Shown here piece by piece: positions 40,564-51,202 of a stretch of DNA of 64,000 nt. The position numbers and the translations under genes were made by a program. The stretch spans positions 1 through 64,000 of the IMG/VR virus record IMGVR_UViG_3300044846_001307, one strand, 5' to 3'. The DNA comes from a virus. Every line of letters begins with the position of its first letter. Within the stretch, counting starts at the first letter, position 1. Below the pieces are notes generated by a model. That model had not been told where the DNA came from. It did not search any database and saw nothing but the letters and a program-made list of their open reading frames with translations.

Positions 40564-43500
40564 TTAACAAGTTTTTGAATTTTCAGCTAATTTATCTAAT
40601 CTTGATTTTTTATCAGATGCTTTTGATTTTTCTTTTGCTTCAGCAAGTGCTGCTGCATCATTTTGAATATCCTTGATAGTATCTTTTGATTCATTAGAAT
40701 CTTCGATATCTACAGGAGTTATTTCTACATTTGCTTCAGGTTGTGTTGCTTCCATAGTTGTTTTTTCAAAATTTTCTATAAGTTCTGCTTCAGTAAAATC
40801 TCTTGATTCTTCAGTTTTAATATTTTTTAATTTAACTGAATCTTTACCTTTTTTCACCACGATTACTTCTTCACCAGCGAAGTCTGTAAAGATAGGATTT
40901 TTACTTATAAGATACTCATCCACAGCAATGTTTTGAATAGAAACTATTGTTTTTAATTCCTGTAATCTATTAGCATAAGCTTCTCTTATTGCAGCTGTAT
41001 TCTGATCATTTTTCACAGCATCCAAGAATGCTTTTTCATATACAGTTTCAATAGTATCTAACGTAGCATTATTTATTTCTTCTACAGAATCTAACACTTC
41101 TTCAAACTCTACTGGCTCTTCAAAAGTTTCACTTAAACCTTCTTGTCTTGCTTGTTTGACAAGGTCTTCAAGTTCCGTTCTTGTAGCTGGTCTAGAAACT
41201 CCTTCTGCTGGTTTTCTGCTAGACCTTTCATCCGTAGGTACACTAGTCCCTTTCTGTACTTCTGTTGATCCTGGCCCGAAGACTTGGTCTGCTGCTTCTT
41301 GTTTTTTGCTGATTCTTCCATTCTTAGTTAAATTAATTAATTGCATGTCATTAAGTAAATCATTCAATGCATTAATTTGATTAGTAATATCATCTACTAT
41401 GTCTCCACGGTTGATTACACTGTAACCTAATGACTCTAATTTTTTAATAGTGTTTTGAGCCCATTTTGTAATAGTGTTGAGATCTGATTTCTTTAAAGCT
41501 TGAACACCACTCTCTATCAAAGTATCTAATACTTCAGGGTACTCAGCACTCATTATTTCTGTAATTGCTGTACCAATGCTACGTGATAAAGATAAGTTAT
41601 CTATTGCTTTTAAGTCTTGTGTTTCATTTGCTTTTGTAGCATTTCTAGTAGCTCTTTGGAAACTATTAGGTAATCTGTTAAGAGCAAAAATAAAAGTATC
41701 TGCATTCTCTCCATAGACAAACATTTTTTTGTTTGATTCTGCAAGAGAAACTCTCTTATTACCTAGTTGTTTAATTTGATCTTGTAGTTTTGCTATTTTA
41801 GTAATTAAAGCATCTCTTTTATCAGAATCTACATCTTCTGTAGAGACAATGTTACGGAGGTCTCCTATTCTTTGAGACAGTACACCAATTTGTTTATCAA
41901 TCTTACTGATTGTTTCATCATTAGACATATAACTTAACACAGTTATAGTTCCAGTTGAATCTCTCAATACATCATATCTTACACCGTTAATGGTTGCAAC
42001 AGTATCATCATTGTTTGAGAAGGCTGCATTAATTACTTGACCATTTACAGTTGATACTTGACCAACGTTTTGTGTTTCTATTACTAAACTTGCACCAGCA
42101 TCACTTAAAGTCAGCTCACCATTGTATACATTTCTGCTATCTTTTTGTAATGGATATACTTCAGTAAACCCTTCTGCTGAATTTATTGCATCAGATATTC
42201 TTTTAATATCATTCTTTAATGCTTGAAGAGTTTCTTCAGTACCATATTCTTTCTCTACTGACAAGTTAGCTTCTAAAGTATCTAATGTAAGCTGTAGTGT
42301 TGAGATATCATTATTTACAGTTACCTCTATACCAAAAGCCCCATCAGGCATTGTTACTAGTTTACCAATACGACCATTCAAAACAATTGGTTTATTGATA
42401 TTATCAATAAGTTTGTTTTTAGCTGGATCAGATTCTTGTATACCTGGATTTGTAGTACTTTCTTTAGCTGCCTCTTTTTTAATAGGTGCTTTAATTTCAG
42501 GCGTTGTTTTAGTAATACCGTAGTTTTCAATTTCCGGTAAGTATTCTAAATCAATTGTGTCTTTTCCATCCTCTACAATAGAAGCAAGCTCAATATCATT
42601 GATATAACCATCAATAGTTACATCAATTTCAAACGGCATTAACTTCAAGTCAGGTGTAATAGCTGTATTGTTATGGAACATGTATCCATATATAGACTGT
42701 TGAGCACGGAAATATGTAGACTTATCTTTAAGTTTACCTGTTCCAAATGCTGCCCACTTGTCTTTACCTGCAGTTTTAATATCCACAATAGCAACGGATC
42801 CATCTTCTCTTACTAAAAGTAAGTCAAGCTCTCCTGTTACACCATTTCCGTCTCGTAAATTTCTATCAAATAGTTTTACGTTCTCTGATAAAATAGTATA
42901 TGTACCATCAACTATACCTAGTCTAAATTTAGTAACTATACCACCTGGGCTGCTAGAAGTAACCGGTGCAAAAAGTTTATCAAAAACTTTTCTGGCCATT
43001 ACATCTGAGATCTTAACCATTTTACCTTTTATCTCTACTGTAGAATCATAATCAAATTCTGAAAAGTTTGATTTAGTTCCTGCATTAGGAGTAAGGAATA
43101 CTCTGATTAAGTTATCCACCACGTCACCAGCATCTGCAAATTCTCTGAATGCTGTTCTTGAAACAACATTTTTTAAATTTTCATATGTAGGTTTAGTACC
43201 TAAGGCATCCTCAATAGTTTTTAATTTATTCTCAGATCTAAATACTTTCCATCCACCTTGTGATTGGTAAACTTTTCTTTTAAAAGCTTCCATGAACAAA
43301 CGTACTCTGTCTTCAGGTACTATATCTGGATCATTAAAGAACTGATTAAATAAATTTTCAAGAGGAGCAGCAGTAACATTACCGTCTGCATCAACTCCTG
43401 GTTTTAATGGGTTGTATATAAATGGATCTTTACCTAACAAGTTTGTTTCAACTTCTTCAGCAACTTGAGTAGAACGAGCTGGCATAGGATCATTAGGACC

Positions 43501-46500
43501 TCTATCAGCAAAAGTTCTACCAATTACATTACCATCTTCATCTACTACATCAACAAGTTCCTCTTGTTTGTTAATAACATACTCTTGTATGATATTAATA
43601 GTCTGTTCTGCAATGTTTCTGGGCTCTGCAGCAGTTACTCTTGCATTAAGATATCCTGTTAAACCTTCTATATCATCTTTTATATTAGAAATGTCTTCTG
43701 GAGTCAACTGTATAAACTCACCTTTCTTTTTTACATTTGGATACTGACCATCTTCTAAAAACTTTTGGAATCTTTTGATGATGCTAGATATAGTGTACGT
43801 AGTTGTTTGAGCATTTATCTTTGTAGAAATAAATTTAAGAACAGGTGGTTGAGCTAATCTCTGAGCTTTAACCAATGCATTCTGTTTTGATTGCTCATTA
43901 AAAGAATCAATCAAAGCAGCTTGTGTTTCCAACCAGTTACTTCTAAGTCTATCATATTCAATAGGGTTGTTTGTCTTAATGTCTAATGGTTCCATTAAAA
44001 CATTAACCAAATACTCATCAAATAAGGTAGTTATCTCATCTTGAAACTCTACATCAAAATCTTCAAATTGAGTTTTAGTTGTATAGTTATCAGGAGTATT
44101 CTCATCTATACCTTTCTTTTTAAAATCATTTTTTACTTCAGCAATAAGTTCATCATATCTGTCATTAATAGCATCTATAGCTTCTTGATAAGCTAAAAAC
44201 TCTTTTGTTTTTTCTACATCAATAGTTGGAGCTGCCGGTTTTTTACTTAACTCAGTTTCAATTTCTGCAAGTCTTCCTGCAGCATATTCACCATAGATAG
44301 TAGATTTAAGAGCAGCATCTATTCTTGTATTAAATGCTTCTTGTTGATCATCTATATCAGAAGTATCATACTTTTGAGACAAGTTAAAAATATTTCTATT
44401 TTTATCTTTATCATTCTTTTGTATTTCTTCTTGCTGACTAAAAAATTCTTGAGCATTAAGACCTTGTTTTTCTAAAACTTCTGTAGCAAGAACTTCAGCA
44501 GCTGCTTGAACATCTACATAATTATCAGAAGCTAATTTATCAATAGCTTTTGTAACTAATTCTTTTTCTTGCTCAAGTGCTTTACGTTCTTCCTCTGTAA
44601 GTTCCTCACTAGCAATACGTTCTGATTCTTGTTGTAAGTATTCTTCTTCAGTTAAACCGTATTTTTCTTTAAACTTATTATCGTATTTAGAACGTTCAGC
44701 ATTTAATAACTCACCTCTTTCATTTTCAAGAGTTTGAATTCTTTTATCAAGTACTTGTTTTTGTGTAAGAGGATCACCAGCAGGTTTCTTTTCTGCAAGT
44801 TCTGCAGCTTTTATAAATATTCCAATGTAATCTTCATACAAGATAGAACCTTTGTTAATCATTCTGTTATTTGTAACATCAATGAAGTATTCCGGTAAAT
44901 ATCTTGGATCTTGTGACCACTTAGAAAATTCTTCTAGATCAACAAATATTCCTTGATCAGCTAACGTATTTAATAAAGTATTTTTTTCAATAGCTGATAT
45001 CTCTTGATTTACAATATCTCTAACAATTTCTTCTCTGTTATTATATAGATCCTTCATGAATTTGAAGTTTCTCATAATGTGTTCATAGAAGTCTCTTGGA
45101 TTAGACAGTAAATTTACATGTTCAGCAAGTCTTGCTGACTCATTTTTTAATATATGTGTATCAAGTAAACTATCAAATAAATCATCAATACCACCAATGT
45201 TCTGCAACTCTTGTTCTAATTGCATTCTTTTTTCATTACTACCAGCTAGACCATTTAACAAATCAGAAAATGCTTCTTTGTAGTCTAAAAACTCATTGCT
45301 TTCTCCATTGTCGTATTGTTTAACAATTTGATCTATGCTTGCTAAAGAAGCATCAGTATCAGACATGTCTGGATTCTCTCTTAATATCTCATTTTTAATA
45401 TTTTCAAGTAAAGTTTTATTGACAAATAAGTCTACAAGACTTTCTTGTCTCTCTTGGAAGTTGGAATATAACTCAAGAAGTTCTCTTTTTCTAGAAGCTT
45501 CTGCAATTGATTCTGAAGTATTAAAACCTTCTAAGTTTTCTATTTCAGTTTTCAACATCTCAACCTCTCGTTGTAATTTGTTAGGCTCAGTTAATGTTGT
45601 AAAGTCAGTAAAATTAGATTCTTTTATAGCAGATAAAGAAGCTAGGGTTTCATATAATTTCTTTTCTCTTTTAACATTGTTATCAAATGACTCATGTAAG
45701 AAAACATAGTTATACAAAGCTTGATTATATGCTTTATTATAAATCTCAGCCATTCTATATTGCTCAGTATCCTTTTCATAGTCATCTAAGTTGGCCATAA
45801 ATTTCATTTTGGACTTAGCATTATCCCATCTAGTAGCAATTTTCTTAGCATTTTCCAATGACTGATCAAATCTTTCTAGTGCTTTAACACCTTGACCTGG
45901 AGCTAAACTCCATGCTTCTTCAAGATCAGTTGGAGAAGCTTGTTTATAACCTTCGTAATGTTTTAAGAAAGAGTTAAAGGTTCCGTTTTGTAATGAACCT
46001 AATACTGCAGATTGAAATGCAGCAAACTCAGTATCTCTAATTTCTTTTGTTGTATGATTTTCTGGATCATCTATTACTTTACCTAACAGAGATTGATTAA
46101 CATAGTTGTTGATTCTATTGTCAAAGAAATACTGTGGATTTTTATACATAGTATTTAATTGATCTACAACTGTATCAGCTAATTCTTCTCTGCTATCTAA
46201 GTACTCTTTATATGAAGCATCTTTTTTAAGATAATCATTGTAACCAACCGTTGCATATTTTTTAATATGACCCGGAGCCTGTAAGATAGAGCCCATTAAA
46301 AACCCTGATAAAAATGTCTCAAGACCTTGAGAACTAAATTGTTTTTTAACTGAGTCTCCTAATAAAGCAGCACCGTATCTAAAACTTCTTGCATCAGGAT
46401 TATTATAAGTATCTACATAATAATTTTGTGTAGCTTCTTGTAAAACATCTTGAGCTAACTCTTGACCACCTTCTACTACGTTTGCTTTAAAATAATTTAA

Positions 46501-47955
46501 ACCAACTTTACCATATGTAGCAGGTTTAGCTAAAGACTTTATTGCATTAGCTAAGTTTACTCTTTGTTTAACAAAAGCTCCTTCTAATGCAGTTTTTCCT
46601 GGTTGAAAAAGAATTTGAAAATCTTTCCCTACATTAGTAACTACTTTACCAAAAGCAAACTTTGGTGCACCTTTTAAGAAACTAGCATTTGTAATTGAAG
46701 GAAACACAAGTTTATTAGAAAGAAATATAAGAGCAGAGTTAGAAGCTGTATTTAAAAAAGCACCTTCAGATGCTTGTCTCATCATACTTTCTTGTTCTTC
46801 TAAACTTGGCCCTTGACCATTATGATCTTGAACAAATTTATTGTACAATCTATCATATGTCTGATATCTTGTAAAACCTCCTTCAAGTTTACCTTCAGAA
46901 AGAGCCATGTTTAAGTTCATCATATCATGCCACAAAGCACCTGCCGTTGTTGCACTTCTTGCTATGTTAGTTATGTTGTCTGTATTCTTTAACTGATTGT
47001 ATGCTTGTAATGTATTCTGTAAAGGATTAATAAAATTACCAAAATGTTTAGCAGAAGATCCAAACAACTCTTTAGCTTTACTTAAGTTGGAATAGTTCTT
47101 TACACTTGCTAATAGTTCTTTTGTTCCTTTAGTTGCTTCTACTAATGATTTAGGGAGGCTCCCTAATTTGTTTAAGAATGTAGTACCACCTTCAACAGCT
47201 CCTGTAGCAGCATTTCCACCACTAAATAAACTACCTATCAAAGCTCCTTCTACAGCACCTTCCATTAGGATACCCATGGAATAAGCTGCTGAGTTAAATA
47301 AGTTTACTGTAAACCCACCTAAACCACCTTTTGAGGATGCTCCAATAGCATTATAGTATTCATAGTCTCTTGCACTTTCAGGATCTGCATCAAATAAACC
47401 ATTACCTTGTACTATACTTTGGTAAGATTTAATAGGATCCATGAAACCTTTAGTCAACATTGGCCATGCAGAATGTGTTGCCCATCTAGTCAAGTCATCT
47501 CCAAATGTTGTGTTTTGATTGAAAAGAGCTTCATTATCAATAAGTGGATGAAATCCAATCTTATTAAATGTTTCTTGACCATAACCTTTATACCTTGCTC
47601 TGAATGTACCTTTAGGAGATGCATCAAAAGCATAAGGTTCAGCATAATTACTTACATCTGAAACACTGTTTATACCAGCCATACCTTTGTCAAGCATAGC
47701 TCCAAAACCACCTTGACTAACACCATTTACTGAAGATGCTTTAACAGATGATGGATAATAATCAGGAGATACACCTGATGTATTATCTTTAATGTAGTTT
47801 GTAGGATTAGCAAAATTATCTTTCCAATTTACTTTTGGAGCAAGTGGTTGATCTACTGATGCTGGATTTAAGAAATCACTTTCAGCCATCAACTGATTAA
47901 AAGCAGATGGTTGATTGTTTAAATTCTCTACAGTATTTAAGGTTTCTTCAGCCAT
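40564..47955 (-). CDS. giant virion/ejection protein with hydrophobic N-terminal region and PD-(D/E)xK nuclease-like domain
   Basis: Gly/Ala-rich hydrophobic helices; SE...GELDLL...VDIKT...QQSIY at about 42640-42900. Confidence 0.75.
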   Translation of the reverse strand: MAEETLNTVENLNNQPSAFNQLMAESDFLNPASVDQPLAPKVNWKDNFANPTNYIKDNTSGVSPDYYPSSVKASSVNGVSQGGFGAMLDKGMAGINSVSDVSNYAEPYAFDASPKGTFRARYKGYGQETFNKIGFHPLIDNEALFNQNTTFGDDLTRWATHSAWPMLTKGFMDPIKSYQSIVQGNGLFDADPESARDYEYYNAIGASSKGGLGGFTVNLFNSAAYSMGILMEGAVEGALIGSLFSGGNAATGAVEGGTTFLNKLGSLPKSLVEATKGTKELLASVKNYSNLSKAKELFGSSAKHFGNFINPLQNTLQAYNQLKNTDNITNIARSATTAGALWHDMMNLNMALSEGKLEGGFTRYQTYDRLYNKFVQDHNGQGPSLEEQESMMRQASEGAFLNTASNSALIFLSNKLVFPSITNASFLKGAPKFAFGKVVTNVGKDFQILFQPGKTALEGAFVKQRVNLANAIKSLAKPATYGKVGLNYFKANVVEGGQELAQDVLQEATQNYYVDTYNNPDARSFRYGAALLGDSVKKQFSSQGLETFLSGFLMGSILQAPGHIKKYATVGYNDYLKKDASYKEYLDSREELADTVVDQLNTMYKNPQYFFDNRINNYVNQSLLGKVIDDPENHTTKEIRDTEFAAFQSAVLGSLQNGTFNSFLKHYEGYKQASPTDLEEAWSLAPGQGVKALERFDQSLENAKKIATRWDNAKSKMKFMANLDDYEKDTEQYRMAEIYNKAYNQALYNYVFLHESFDNNVKREKKLYETLASLSAIKESNFTDFTTLTEPNKLQREVEMLKTEIENLEGFNTSESIAEASRKRELLELYSNFQERQESLVDLFVNKTLLENIKNEILRENPDMSDTDASLASIDQIVKQYDNGESNEFLDYKEAFSDLLNGLAGSNEKRMQLEQELQNIGGIDDLFDSLLDTHILKNESARLAEHVNLLSNPRDFYEHIMRNFKFMKDLYNNREEIVRDIVNQEISAIEKNTLLNTLADQGIFVDLEEFSKWSQDPRYLPEYFIDVTNNRMINKGSILYEDYIGIFIKAAELAEKKPAGDPLTQKQVLDKRIQTLENERGELLNAERSKYDNKFKEKYGLTEEEYLQQESERIASEELTEEERKALEQEKELVTKAIDKLASDNYVDVQAAAEVLATEVLEKQGLNAQEFFSQQEEIQKNDKDKNRNIFNLSQKYDTSDIDDQQEAFNTRIDAALKSTIYGEYAAGRLAEIETELSKKPAAPTIDVEKTKEFLAYQEAIDAINDRYDELIAEVKNDFKKKGIDENTPDNYTTKTQFEDFDVEFQDEITTLFDEYLVNVLMEPLDIKTNNPIEYDRLRSNWLETQAALIDSFNEQSKQNALVKAQRLAQPPVLKFISTKINAQTTTYTISSIIKRFQKFLEDGQYPNVKKKGEFIQLTPEDISNIKDDIEGLTGYLNARVTAAEPRNIAEQTINIIQEYVINKQEELVDVVDEDGNVIGRTFADRGPNDPMPARSTQVAEEVETNLLGKDPFIYNPLKPGVDADGNVTAAPLENLFNQFFNDPDIVPEDRVRLFMEAFKRKVYQSQGGWKVFRSENKLKTIEDALGTKPTYENLKNVVSRTAFREFADAGDVVDNLIRVFLTPNAGTKSNFSEFDYDSTVEIKGKMVKISDVMARKVFDKLFAPVTSSSPGGIVTKFRLGIVDGTYTILSENVKLFDRNLRDGNGVTGELDLLLVREDGSVAIVDIKTAGKDKWAAFGTGKLKDKSTYFRAQQSIYGYMFHNNTAITPDLKLMPFEIDVTIDGYINDIELASIVEDGKDTIDLEYLPEIENYGITKTTPEIKAPIKKEAAKESTTNPGIQESDPAKNKLIDNINKPIVLNGRIGKLVTMPDGAFGIEVTVNNDISTLQLTLDTLEANLSVEKEYGTEETLQALKNDIKRISDAINSAEGFTEVYPLQKDSRNVYNGELTLSDAGASLVIETQNVGQVSTVNGQVINAAFSNNDDTVATINGVRYDVLRDSTGTITVLSYMSNDETISKIDKQIGVLSQRIGDLRNIVSTEDVDSDKRDALITKIAKLQDQIKQLGNKRVSLAESNKKMFVYGENADTFIFALNRLPNSFQRATRNATKANETQDLKAIDNLSLSRSIGTAITEIMSAEYPEVLDTLIESGVQALKKSDLNTITKWAQNTIKKLESLGYSVINRGDIVDDITNQINALNDLLNDMQLINLTKNGRISKKQEAADQVFGPGSTEVQKGTSVPTDERSSRKPAEGVSRPATRTELEDLVKQARQEGLSETFEEPVEFEEVLDSVEEINNATLDTIETVYEKAFLDAVKNDQNTAAIREAYANRLQELKTIVSIQNIAVDEYLISKNPIFTDFAGEEVIVVKKGKDSVKLKNIKTEESRDFTEAELIENFEKTTMEATQPEANVEITPVDIEDSNESKDTIKDIQNDAAALAEAKEKSKASDKKSRLDKLAENSKTC

Positions 47956-47960
47956 TTCAA

Positions 47961-50900
47961 TTATTTATTATATTGCCAAAAAGGACTATTAGTTATACCA
48001 CTGAAATTTTGTTGAGCATTTTGAATAGCTTTTTGATCCCCTGCTTGGTGGATTCTTCTAAACATATCAAAGTTCATACTAGCTGCTTGATTTAAAATTG
48101 AATTCATACTTTGTTCTTTTCCTTCAATTTCTCTACCACTTTTAACATCTACACCAAAATATTTGTAATGTGTTTTTTTAGATCCATCAGGCATCATCTC
48201 ATAAAACTCTCCAACACCTGAGTAATCTCCAACACCTGGAGTTTTCTCAATGGTATATTTACCATTACCAGAAGGATCAGTATATTTAATTGGTCCCTGT
48301 CTTAGGAGGACTTCTGTAGGAGTTGGGAACTGTTTTGAAAATAATGGATTGCTATCCCAGATATTTTTTGGTGCAATAAATGTAAGACCATTTTGGTAAA
48401 TAGCATCAATTTTATTTTTAAGAGCTTTTTCATCTCCACCATCTGACATACCTTTAATTACTTTTTCAATTACATCTCTTGGAGCTGTAAGTTTCATAGA
48501 ACCTAACTTTGTGCTTTCCATTGACATAGTTGTAGCATGAACCATAAAAGGTTTCAGTTCAGGATCTGAATTTAATCTTGATTGAAGTTCTCTTACAATA
48601 GCTGTTGCTTCATTTTGTGTAACACCAGTATTATCCCATTCTTCATCTGAACCAGGTAATTTGTTTCCATTAATGGAAATTCTAAATTTATTTTTATCTT
48701 GATTCCAGTTTGTACTTAAAATAGTACTAAACATTTGAGAGGCTGATTGATTTCCTGGATCCCAAGCAATACCTGGAGCAACTATCATAGTACCAGTCTC
48801 TGCAGCTAAAGCCACTTTATTACCAGATCTTTGAGTTCCACTAATAGGATATATTTGTAAACCTGTTTCAGGATTCATGTCTTTTGCAAGTTCTTCAAAT
48901 GATTGATCAAATACATCAGATACCCAAGAAGCTTTGTCTTTTACATTTTCTCTACCATCACCAATCATTCTAGGTAATGCTGTTAATGGAACAACATAAT
49001 TGTACCATTTTGATTCAGCTTTTTGATTTGTAGATTTACCAATACTAAAACCAAGAATAGCTGATATTTGTGCATCTACTTCAGGAGCCATAGCTTTAAA
49101 CTCATCTGTATTACCATGACTATCTAAAGCATATTTAGACATCATTAAGTTTACAGCTTGTTGAATTTTAGCATCATTTATATTTCTATATGTTTCTGGA
49201 TCTTTACTTTTTACATTCTGTACAATATAATTTATATCCTGTGTAAATTTAGTTCTGATTTTATCATAGTTATTATTTCTAACAACATTCAATGCATCAT
49301 CAGTTCTAGCAAGTTGATCTAGTTTGATCATTGATTGATCTCTGAAATACTCTTGTGCTAAACCACTTCCAGAGTGTGTAGCAGTCCAACTTTGCATCAA
49401 GTTATTTACGTTATAAATTTGACCAGAGTTAACTGTTCTAGCTGTAAAACCATTAGGATCAGATTTATATCCACTCCAAATTTGATTCCATACTTTTACA
49501 ATATCTGGTTTGTAATTCTTACTTCCTTCTTTTAGAATTCTTTTTGCAGTTGGTTCACTTGGATTTAATTTCAATACAAATTGAGCTAACTGAGCAGCAG
49601 TAAATGAATCACTAGTTACACCATTATTAATAAACTTCATTAAGTTATTCACTGGTTCAGTAGCATTCTGACTGATCATTTGATCTCTCATGTATTTATT
49701 TGCTGCATCAAGAGACATTTCTTCAGCTGTAGTTCCATCTGGTGTAACCATATTGATGTTAAAGCCTTGACTTTGAGGATTGGTATTTAATTGACCATCT
49801 TTAGTAAAGCCCCAGTATCCTTTTTTAACATTATAGTCAACAGCTTTTTGATACATTTTTGCTTGATTTGCTCTGTCTATTTCAGACTCTCTATCAAGAT
49901 GTGCTTGTTGTTGTCTTGCTCTAGCATGTTTATCTCTTAAAAATTCTAGACCTACAGGATTAGCTTTGTATTCAATCTCTTGATTAATTGTTGCATAATC
50001 ATTGGATGCTCTCATTATATCTTGCTCTGCATTAACAGAAGCAAATCCAGCATCTACTTTTAATCTAGCTAACTCAATATCACTTAAAATATCTTCATCA
50101 TAACCTTGAGTTGTACCAGTAGATTGTTTGTCATTAATTTGATCATTTAATTTTTTTGCATCATCTGCTACAGCAGTATTTACTTTTAATGCTTGATTAA
50201 GTCTATCAGCATATGATAATTGTTGAGGATTAACATTACCATTGTTTACATCTTTTTCAAGATTACCTTGTAAACTTTTAGTAGTACTTAAATCATCTTG
50301 AGCTTTAACATTTTTATCAGAAGCATAATTTTTTAACCAATCATATTTTTCTTTAATGTATTGTTTCTCTGCTTCTAATTTATTACCACCAAACTTTTCT
50401 GCATTTTGATTAGCATAAGTCATTCTTTCTACAAATGCTTTTTCTCTATACATATCTTGAATATCCGGTCTATTTGTATATTCAGCTAAAAACATATTTT
50501 GAAGAGTAGGTAAAATCAACTCTCCATTTTTCTTTCTTACTAAATATAAACCTGATTGGTCTGGTACTTGAGATACAGCTCCAACATTATACTTCTTAGC
50601 AAGATCCATATACTCTTGATATGCATTAACAAAAGGAGTATACTGTGCATTAGTCATATTTAAAGTACCCTCTAAATCAGCATCCTTAAACATTTGTCTT
50701 CTTAACTCTAAACCTTGGATACCAAGAGGCCACCATTGTTTTCTTTGTTTATCATCTTGTGAGGTTTTCAATGCATTAGCTGAGTTGTAAGTATTCTTCC
50801 AATTTTTAGTCCAAGCCATATCTTTCATTAAGTACTTGTCTTCATAGAAAGGTTTGAATACTTGCATAGCTTGATTTACATTCTGCTCTAGAGAAAGGTC

Positions 50901-51143
50901 AAGTCCGGATACTCTTTTTAGATTGAAGTCTATTTGTTTTAATAGTTCATCTTTCTTCTTGATATTTAAATCATGTGTTAAGTCAGCACCATAGAGTTGA
51001 CCATATAGATTATTTAAGGATTGCCAGTTTGTATCATACTGAGTTTGTTTTGTCTGCATGACATTTCCATAGAAATTTAAGTCAGGCTGAAACGGCTGAT
51101 AATCTGGTATATAATCTGTAACCCCTTGTAAATACGTTGCCAT
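47961..51143 (-). CDS. large putative virion protein
   Basis: 1060 aa, helical N-terminus, located in the structural/ejectosome cluster. Confidence 0.7.
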   Translation of the reverse strand: MATYLQGVTDYIPDYQPFQPDLNFYGNVMQTKQTQYDTNWQSLNNLYGQLYGADLTHDLNIKKKDELLKQIDFNLKRVSGLDLSLEQNVNQAMQVFKPFYEDKYLMKDMAWTKNWKNTYNSANALKTSQDDKQRKQWWPLGIQGLELRRQMFKDADLEGTLNMTNAQYTPFVNAYQEYMDLAKKYNVGAVSQVPDQSGLYLVRKKNGELILPTLQNMFLAEYTNRPDIQDMYREKAFVERMTYANQNAEKFGGNKLEAEKQYIKEKYDWLKNYASDKNVKAQDDLSTTKSLQGNLEKDVNNGNVNPQQLSYADRLNQALKVNTAVADDAKKLNDQINDKQSTGTTQGYDEDILSDIELARLKVDAGFASVNAEQDIMRASNDYATINQEIEYKANPVGLEFLRDKHARARQQQAHLDRESEIDRANQAKMYQKAVDYNVKKGYWGFTKDGQLNTNPQSQGFNINMVTPDGTTAEEMSLDAANKYMRDQMISQNATEPVNNLMKFINNGVTSDSFTAAQLAQFVLKLNPSEPTAKRILKEGSKNYKPDIVKVWNQIWSGYKSDPNGFTARTVNSGQIYNVNNLMQSWTATHSGSGLAQEYFRDQSMIKLDQLARTDDALNVVRNNNYDKIRTKFTQDINYIVQNVKSKDPETYRNINDAKIQQAVNLMMSKYALDSHGNTDEFKAMAPEVDAQISAILGFSIGKSTNQKAESKWYNYVVPLTALPRMIGDGRENVKDKASWVSDVFDQSFEELAKDMNPETGLQIYPISGTQRSGNKVALAAETGTMIVAPGIAWDPGNQSASQMFSTILSTNWNQDKNKFRISINGNKLPGSDEEWDNTGVTQNEATAIVRELQSRLNSDPELKPFMVHATTMSMESTKLGSMKLTAPRDVIEKVIKGMSDGGDEKALKNKIDAIYQNGLTFIAPKNIWDSNPLFSKQFPTPTEVLLRQGPIKYTDPSGNGKYTIEKTPGVGDYSGVGEFYEMMPDGSKKTHYKYFGVDVKSGREIEGKEQSMNSILNQAASMNFDMFRRIHQAGDQKAIQNAQQNFSGITNSPFWQYNK

Positions 51144-51157
51144 AATTTATCTTTGTG

Positions 51158-51202
51158 TAAATCTATTAAAATTTTTTAAGTTTACTAAACCTATAAAGTT
51201 TA
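51158..51202 (-). promoter_or_regulatory. conserved 45-nt intergenic element, copy 1 (candidate phage promoter)
   Basis: TAAACTTTATAGGTTTA...TAGATTTA aligns without gaps to 58966-59010. Confidence 0.55.

Noticed and set aside
51148-51155. + strand TATCTTTG as an antisense promoter
   Set aside because: A single 8-mer that coincides with the A-rich leader of the - strand gene, with no supporting TTTG -33 element.
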